A stretch of 64,000 bases of DNA from the NCBI GenBank assembly GCA_023213395.1, contig CM041465.1:192517741-192581740 (forward strand). Direction: 5' to 3'. The translations under genes were made by a program, and so were the position numbers. A model generated the notes under the pieces. That model worked only from the letters and a program-made list of their open reading frames with translations. It was not told where the DNA came from and did not search any database. Below are positions 55,501 to 64,000 of the stretch, in pieces. The stretch's first letter is position 1. The number at the start of each line of letters is the position of its first letter. The DNA is from Cycas panzhihuaensis. Taxonomy: Eukaryota > Plantae > Cycadophyta.

Positions 55501-58500
55501 ATATCGACTTGCAAGATGGTTGAATAGGTTTATTAAAGTTATGGAAAAATTTAAAAAACCTTGATTGGTTAAGTTACCCTTCCACTTACTTTATCCAGTA
55601 ATATTATTATGGCAGAGGACATTATTGTTGACTTTGATCTTGAATTCAACATGTTACTTGGATGATCATGGATCAACCAGATATTAGCAGTCTATTCCCC
55701 ACTCTTCCATGAGCTCAAATTTATTCATGAAGGTAAGCTCAAAGTGATTAAGTATAAGAACAAACCCATCCAAAAATCTATCCCATTGGTGGATGTCATC
55801 CTTGAAGAAGGGGAACCCTCCTCCTCATTTGTTTCCTTAGGTTTTGGACAATGTTTTGATATAAAAACTACTTCCACATGTAACTCAAGAAGAGGTAAAG
55901 CAAGTTTATATGACCACCATTATTTCTTTCTAGGATTAATTCCCTTTTGATCATGTTAATTCTACTTTGTCTCCTAACCAAGTTAAAGGCTATTATTTAC
56001 TCATTAGCTTCTCTAGCATGCCTATAACATAATTTTCCATTGAGTCTCAATTTATCTTTCTTTCCTAACTTGATTGGGACCTCCCTGTCTAAATGCCCCT
56101 CTTACGGGAGATAACCACTCTTATTGATATTGTTCCCCACACTCCCATTCCTTCATTACATCGGTCTCCCACTTCAGACCAACTACTCTATGCTCCTCCC
56201 CATGATAAAGATTTAGTCTCTAGAAGTATCTTCCACTTTAACCATTTTGAGAATGATGAGGGTATTCTTGAACACTTTGAGGGAGTCTCTCCTAATCCCC
56301 TATTTAATCATCACAAGGTTGGTTTCACTAAATATATCCAATATGGTTCACCTTTGGTAATAAAAGTTCTTGACATAACTATTTCTTTTTTACCATTTGA
56401 CCTAATCCTATCTCACTTTGAAGAGGGAAATGCAATGCTTGTAGAAGATATTATTCATATCAACCTTAGGACTAATGACCAACTGAGGGTAATTAAGGTT
56501 AGAGCTAGTTATTCCTCCCTTGAGATTCAACAGTTGAAATGCCTCTTTATTGAGTTCTTTTCTATCTTTGCATGGGTCTATACCAACGTGAAAGGCTTAT
56601 ACCCTGATGTTGTAGCTCATAATATTACCACCATCCTTAGGGCCAAACCTAAGTATTAGAAATAAAGGCTCGTTCATCCTTGATTTTCAATTACTATCAA
56701 ACAAGAAGTTGAGAAACTCCTAAAAGCTAGTTTCATTGAGTCAATAAATTACTCCCAATGGGTATTTAATTTTATTCCCATCACCAACAAGTATATATCC
56801 ATTTACATTTGCATTGAGTTTTGTGATTTTAGTGATTCTTACTTAAAGGACAACTTCCTTTTACCACTCATTAACTAGATTTAGGGCCAAATAACTAGAT
56901 TCAAAATAATGTCTCTTATGGATGGCTTCTTGGGTTATAACCAAATTCTCATTTCCCTGAGGATCACCATAAAATAACCTTCACTATGCTGTGGGGGGCA
57001 TTTTCCTATAAAGTAATGCCGTCTAGCCTTAAGAATACTAAGGCTACTTACTAGTGGGCTATGATTTTTATCTTCCATGACCTATTGGGAATTACTATCA
57101 TAGTCTGCTTAGATTATATTTTGGGATTGTGATGTCATCAAGAGGATCACATTCAGGACCTTAGAACCATTTCTTAGTGTTGTTAAAATTATTAGCTTTG
57201 CCTAAATCCCAATAGTGTGTTTTTACGGTCGCCTTTGATAAGATATTCAAAATCATTATATTAAGAGGTGGTATCAAAGTTGACCTTGACAAAAACATAA
57301 CTATTATTGAAATATCTCCACCTCACAATAAAGAATAAGTCAAATCCTTCCTTAAAAGGTTTGGGTTCTTACACCATTTTCTTGCTAACTTTTTTGCCAG
57401 TACCAAGCCCCTTACTAATATCCTTAAAATGGATGCTTCCTTTCAATGGATTATGGCCATATAAGAATCCTTTGATAAAGCTTAAACAAAAATTAATCTC
57501 ATCCCCAATACATTCCCCACCATACCTTGATAAACCTTTCATTCTTTACAACTCTTCTACTGAGGAGTCTCTTGGAGTTATGCTAGCTGAAAAAGATGAG
57601 TTTGGTTGTGAATAAGCCATTTATTTCATTAGTCATACCTTGGTTATTGTAAAACTAAACTACATCCCATTTGAAAAAGAATGCTTGGCCCTAGTTTTTG
57701 TAACCAAGAAACTACACCATTGCTTACTAGGCAATACCACCCACATTATTACACAGTTAGACCTAGTCCACATGTTACTAACTAAAGCTAATCTAACCAA
57801 GCAAGCAAGCAAATGGCCCTTATTTTCACAAGAATTTGACTTGCGAATGTTCAATCACAAGTAAAAGAAGGGGATGGTAATTATTGAACAACTTACCATA
57901 GTGCTTCTCTCTAACAACAATCACATTGCTATTCATGATACCCTTTGAATTAAGTATATTTTTTAAGTCAATGTTACTCCCAATGAGTTAGACTAGTATA
58001 AGGATATTTGAGGCTACCTTTTAGATCAAATATATCCTTTGATATCATTTCAAAAAATAGGAATTGAGTTAGGGAAGTTACATACTAGTATCTCCTCCTT
58101 GATGAAGTGCTATATAAGTGATCTATTAATGGAGTCTTACTACAGTAACTCTCCTCTATAAAGGCTTAAGTTATACTAATTAAATGGCATGATGGCATAT
58201 GTGGTGGCTACTTTGGTGGCTGATTTATTACCTTATGTATCCTACACATTAGATATTATTGGTTTACCCTATTTAAGGATGTATATCTTCATGTACAAAA
58301 ATGTGAGCAGTGCCAAGCATACTCCCCCTTGATCCATCAACCAACTACCCTTTTAAGTTTAATTCTCTATCTATGGCTTTTTCCCAATGGGGTCTTGACC
58401 TCATTAAGAAGATTTATCCTCCATCATTTATAGGTCATAAGCTTATCTTAACTGCCATTGAATGTTTTATAAAGTATAGTGAGGCAGTTCTCTTAAGCAT

Positions 58501-60593
58501 AATGACTAGGAAGGTGATCACTACCTTCATCTTTCAATATATTATTTGTAGGTTTAGAGTTTTTGAAGTTATTATCATAGATAATGGAACTCTATTTTGT
58601 AACTCCCATGTAGATCAGTTATGTAACAAGTTCTATATTACTTATAGGATGTCATCTCCATATCACCTAGAGCCAAATGGTTAGATTAAAGGCTTTAATA
58701 AAACATTGGATAGAATTTTAGTTAAGATAGTAGCTGGATGTCATTGATGTTAGCATGCTTAACTCTTTCATGCCTTTTAGGCATATTGCACCTCCATACA
58801 AATTATAATAGGGATGACTATATTTTCTTTAGTCTATGGGATCAAAGTTGTGCTCCCATTGGAGGTCAAGATCTCTTCACTATAAGTATCACTCAAACAC
58901 TTCACTGATGAGGAAAGGATGAGGAAAGTAAGACTATTGAAACTTAAAATAATGGATGAGACCTATCTCAAAGCCTATTAAAAAAATTTAGCCTAAAAAA
59001 CCTAAGCTTCAACAGCCCATGATAAATATTTGAGACCAAAAAAATTCTATGTGGGAGATAAAGTACTCAAGCTTGAATATCTTCATGATAAGTAAAGAAA
59101 GTTTGACTCTAAATGGATGGGTCCCTACCTAATAATCAAAGACCTAGATAATGGAGCTTAACACATCTCCACTCTTGAGGGTCTTGGATTTTAAAAGGTC
59201 ATTAATTCTTAATTCTTGAGGAAGTACTATGCATAACTTGGTCATGCATCACTTTATAAATGAGCTTAAACTATGACCTCCTCACCTCAAGCTCAATACT
59301 TGAAAGGATCCATACTTAATTATCCTTCCATAGGACATGGGTCTCTTCACTTTGAATTCAAGTATAAATTATATATATATATATATCATTTTCTTAAAAA
59401 AAATATTAAAAAATAATAAATTCATAAAACAACAAAAACATGTTTGATTTTAGCTCTTTTTTAACTTTGTTCATAATCTTGGGCCTCCCAAGACCTTCTA
59501 ATCCCCAACTCAAGCCAATATGATGGTTTTAAGTTATAAGTCCAAGTAGTTGGCTTCTTCATTTAATACTATATCTTACTCAAGTAATTTCTTCTACTTG
59601 TAAGTAAGTTAGATGTCTCTATTACACATGACCATTCGCACTTATCTTTCTCTTAATTCACTAATCTAGTAAAGAGTTCCTTTTATACCTATTTGACAAT
59701 CAAAGAATCCTTTAGTTCTTAGTCAAATTACAAAGTCAAACACTTACTAATCTCCTTACTCAACTTTAACAACATATAAGTTATCATCAAGCTCTCAAGT
59801 TACTTAAACATTAGTCATATAATTAGCCTTAGTTTACTTATTTCCCTCTTAATGCATTTTGTGCTCAATGTTGCAGCAGAATACTCACATAATCTCTTAG
59901 ATGATGGCATTCTCTTACTCTTGCAATTTGTATCCATTACTATTGAGCTATTTCTATATAATTAAAATGTTGAAGCTAACTGAATAATCTATCATATCCT
60001 TGATTACCATTATTTATAGGTCTATCACTTCAAGTTGGGGGTATTGATCACTCTCAACATGAGTATAAACTAACTATTCCCCATAATCAGAATAAACTAT
60101 GGCTCTAAGAAATCCATCCAGTAATGAGGCTAAATTATTGTGATTATATTTTTTCCCTTTAAGACCCCATGCTCTCACTTGCTCAAGAAATGTAGAATGG
60201 TCACTAAATAGATTGAACTATGGTGCCCACACCTTTGAAAATCAACCACTAGTGAGGCTAAACTATTGTAAGAATGTTTTTATACATAGGGTAGTTTGCA
60301 TTTGTATCCAAAAATAAAATTACTAAAATAAAATGTTAAAAACTCAAAAACTTAGATGTCTATTTAAGAAGATGGTTTAGAAGAATAGGTAGGACTTTAT
60401 TAAGCCCCACAATCAATCTCATCCTCCCCTCTCCTTCATCCTTTTCTTATTACTTATATCCTCATCCTTTTAAGCAACTCAATAAATATGTTAACTAGCC
60501 TATGTTCTCAAATAACTTAGTTTAGACAAGATTGGAAATGTTCACCATCTTTCTTTAACTTGTTTATAGAGTTTTCCTTACCAAAGGGGCAAA

Positions 60594-63281
60594 TGTTTCA
60601 ATCAATAATATCCCTTTTCAACATTAACTAGGTCTCTTGGATCTTGTTTGTATGAATGTATTATGAGTTAATAGACTACTTGGCATGAAGATTAGATGAT
60701 TGCATTTTGATTATGCTTATGATTGATTATTATTTCCTATGATGCAAAAATCACAAAAGTACTTAGTAAAATGGTGTACTCTAACTTCCTCCAAAGTTGA
60801 GCTCCACCTTGATATTACATTTTTTTGTCATCCTTTTTTGATATTTCTTCATTGAATAGTCCTTGTTGATCCTCAAATTCCTAGCTTCACTCCATTATAC
60901 TCTTTCAATGACCTCACAAATTGCTTTTTCACCAGTCATCACCCTATTCTTTTATGAAATTTTAGAAGGAATTATTAGGTTTTCATCACTTTTTGGCTTG
61001 TTATATTTTTCATTATAGGTCATATTTTTGGGCTTACCCAAAAAATGTGACTTACTTAATAAAATATGATCTTTGAGTTGGTCATATTTTTAGTACTTTT
61101 GAATGTTGCATTTTTTATTATAACTCATATTTTTCATTATAGGTCACACTTTACTTTCTTGCACTAAAAAAAAGTACTGATAGGCTATTTTTTCCCTATT
61201 ATATAGATATTAGTTTGCAATAAACTATGACCCTACCTTCCTTTGGTTTTCTCACTTTTTCCTCCCATTCTTTAGCCTATAAATCTCATTCATTTTCTTA
61301 AGAAAAAGAGAGAGAACTTTATGCAACAAAGTGCTACTAAATTGTCATCCTAATCTTTTTTACTTCTATCAACCTAACTTAGTGTGATTTTGGATCTTGA
61401 AAGGCTAACATGTGTGCAAGATTTATATACTTATTTACTCTTCTGGTAACGAGTATGTTGGGTTGCAAGGTGCATACTTAAAGGTGTTTTCATAAATCCT
61501 CCTATTTTTTTCCTTAATTTCTTTTTTAGGTATGATTTTCTTTTAAAATTCAAGTTTAGTTTTCATTCTTTTCCTTCATAAGACAAAAGAAAGATACTCT
61601 CAAGAATGGAGAACTTCCTTCTCAACTCAAGAAAGCTCATTAAGAAAGCCCTAATGCTCATGAGCTCGTGAATAAAAGAGGAATCCCTCTTATAGAGTGA
61701 GACCTAAGGTCTTAGACTCTTTTTCCATAGAGTTTTAAGCCTCCTTATTCCTTCACCCTTGCATTGTTCTTGTTTCTTTTATACATTAAGAAAAAAGGAG
61801 AAATAAAGAAAGGTGTAGTGTAAGTAGTAGGTGCATGTTTATCTTTTGTATGGGCTATTAATGTTACCAATATTTGGTGCTTACTTTCATTTGCTCAAAG
61901 AAAATATCAATATCCTTTTACGTATATTGATAAATCATGACAAGAAGAGAACCTCCTCTAGTTACACCTTTATATTGAAAAAAATGAGGTAGGCCATTCT
62001 TTAGCTATTATTTTCTTTTTGGTTCTTCTTTTAACTCAAAATAAAAAAAAGGAAAGGAACAATTGAGAGTCTCTTTAATAGTCCTATTGTTTGGTTTGGT
62101 GGCTTTGAAAGGATTTCTCTTTTTAAGTAGCCAAGATAATTGTAAGAGCATTTGAAAAATCCCATCCTTTTCTCTTTAGATGTATGTTGGGCATGGGTGA
62201 ATATCATATTAAAAAATAAAAAAAGGGAAGAAAATGTCATGTATACATAGGTGCATTAGATAAAGTCATGTTAGCCTAAGTTAGTTTTCTTTAGTATTTT
62301 ACCTAATTGATTATTACTTGTTGTTTATATTTAAAAGAAAACTGCATCCTAGATATGTAATTAGGGCTTAACTTCTCTTGTGTGGTTTCTCTAAGTTAGG
62401 TCTTGTCCCTTCATTTATGACTTACTTGATCACTTAAGATTTAGCATCTATGGTGTACAAGCTTGTTCTCTCTTATGGATAAATGCATCCTATTGTTAGA
62501 GAAATTTTGATCAATTAAGACTTGATATCTCTGATATACAAACCTCCTCTTCCTTAGGATTAATTTTTTTGTCATGTTTTAAACACTAAAGATCTTAGAT
62601 TTTTGTCATATGTTAGGTTGAGAGCAGCTATCTCCTTTCTCTTATATTCACCTCTAACTACAAGAATCTATTAGAATCATATGCAAGCATCCCCAAGTCA
62701 TACATTCTCATGGGTGATCATCATCCAATGAGAGATTCCCTAATGACTTATCCTTGATAGTGTCATTAATCTAAAGTCCAAGTTCTGCTAGATCTTTACA
62801 TCCATTAGTCCTTCTATGCTTTACCTAGATCATCATATATTATTTTCCTTTTAGGTGGGATAGTGATCTAGGTTAAGGCATCATCTTTAGAGAGATATTA
62901 TGGATAGACAAGCAAGAAAACTTAGGACATTTATTAGGGTAAAACCCCTATGAATCTTCCACATGTTGTAAGTTTATTTGCTACCTTCCCCGAGCTAAAG
63001 GGGGTCTTATTTGTATTATTTACTTAATTTAGATTATCATATTCATTTCTTGATTTGAGTTTATTATGTAAATAATAGAATGGATAAGTAACATTTTAAT
63101 CTTTCTACTTACCTAACACACAACTAAAGATTCATCCCTTCTCCCTAAGGGAAGATTCAAGGATCTAATTAAGTCATTCCACTTTTACCCTTTCCCTTCC
63201 CTCCCCCCCTCCCAACCCTCCCCTTTGCAAGAATCATTCACCTAAGTTCTCATTAGTGACTTGCCTTAAGATTTGGCATTA
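60594..63281 (+). repeat. 3' LTR of the Gypsy element, copy B
   Basis: TG after the PPT; homologous to 6412-9060 and 49739-52563. Confidence 0.85.
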
Positions 63282-64000
63282 ACATATTTACTTGTTAGCG
63301 ATTTAATAACTTTCCAAGTATTATTCTACTTCATAGTAGAGATTTCAACATCTATTGTTATTCTCCACTTTTACTCTTAGAAAGTCTCCTCAAAACTCAA
63401 AGTCTCATCAACATTAAGTACATCTACCATCAAAGCAAAATTAACCATATTAGGTCTCATCCTCAATTTTTATTTCCCTTTGGTCTTGGGTAACTAAGCT
63501 TCCATTACTATTTTTAAGTACTACTTAGGGAGTTTCTTGGCAATTGAAATAACCTCATATTGTATTTTATTATATGATTCCTAAGTATCTTAATATTCCT
63601 CCTCCTCATCTTCCATTTCAACTTTAGTTAATATATTACCTAGCTTACCGTTAGTCTTTGGATCAATAAATTATTACCTCAAAGAATTAAACTTTAGTTG
63701 TGTCTCAATCTATTTCCTTTTGTATTACTATATCTTTAAAGTGTTTAGGTCAACATCTCACTTGTTAACTTCTTAAAATATGACATCCCAAGTTGTGTAT
63801 ACCTTTCTAGTTACCAACTCAAATACCTAACTCATTTTTCTTTCATTTCCATACTTAATAAGGATATACTTATAACTCTTATCATCACTTTTTAAATATT
63901 TTTCCTTTATAACATGTAGATCTATAGTGCTCCTAAAGATTCTAAGATGGTTCACTATTGCCTTTCTCCTTAGTCAAGATTTTTTTGATATCATATTCTA
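63282..64000 (-). mobile_element. Continuation of the interrupted Copia (RT start and integrase C-terminus)
   Basis: KW.I.ID.EISTM..NNTWKVIKSLTSK joins VIKCKWVY at 49738 once the Gypsy is removed. Confidence 0.88.

Larger units (their letters stand above)
49739..63281 (+). mobile_element. Full-length degenerate Ty3/Gypsy (Tat/Ogre-like) element, 13.5 kb
   Basis: 5' LTR 49739-52563 and 3' LTR 60594-63281; gag (RPPKF, LLFPKT..GD.LKWFY) ~54000-54560; RT ~56450-57300; RH ~57530-57880; IN ~58180-59230; PPT aaaggggcaaa; decayed TSD acaag/acata. Confidence 0.9.
54165..64000. repeat. Segmental duplication, copy B (paralogous to 1-9776)
   Basis: See copy A. Confidence 0.95.

Overview
This is AT-rich, heavily CpG/CHG-decayed land-plant nuclear DNA made almost entirely of nested, degenerate retroelements; the species cannot be determined. 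Positions 1-9776 recur at 54165-64000, including a Gypsy-LTR/Copia junction, so the window appears to span one ~54.2-kb tandem segmental-duplication unit. It holds a 13.5-kb Tat/Ogre-like Ty3/Gypsy element (49739-63281) inserted in the RT of a minus-strand Ty1/Copia, further Copia, chromovirus-like Gypsy and LINE relics, a solo LTR with a perfect TSD, long (AT)n tracts, and a lone first exon of an eIF2B-alpha-like gene (46378-45998). The standout is a very young non-autonomous Copia-derived LTR element (10583-14181; 279-bp LTRs with 2 mismatches, TATGT TSD, tRNA-iMet PBS, PPT). It has no gag/pol ORF and carries chimeric host-mRNA cargo: a polyadenylated 3' end, an intronless subgroup-Ia (FAMA/SMF-like) stomatal bHLH fragment with its basic region and helix 1 deleted in frame, and probably the 5' end of a plastid-targeted gene. 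All calls come from reading the sequence by eye; no searches were run.
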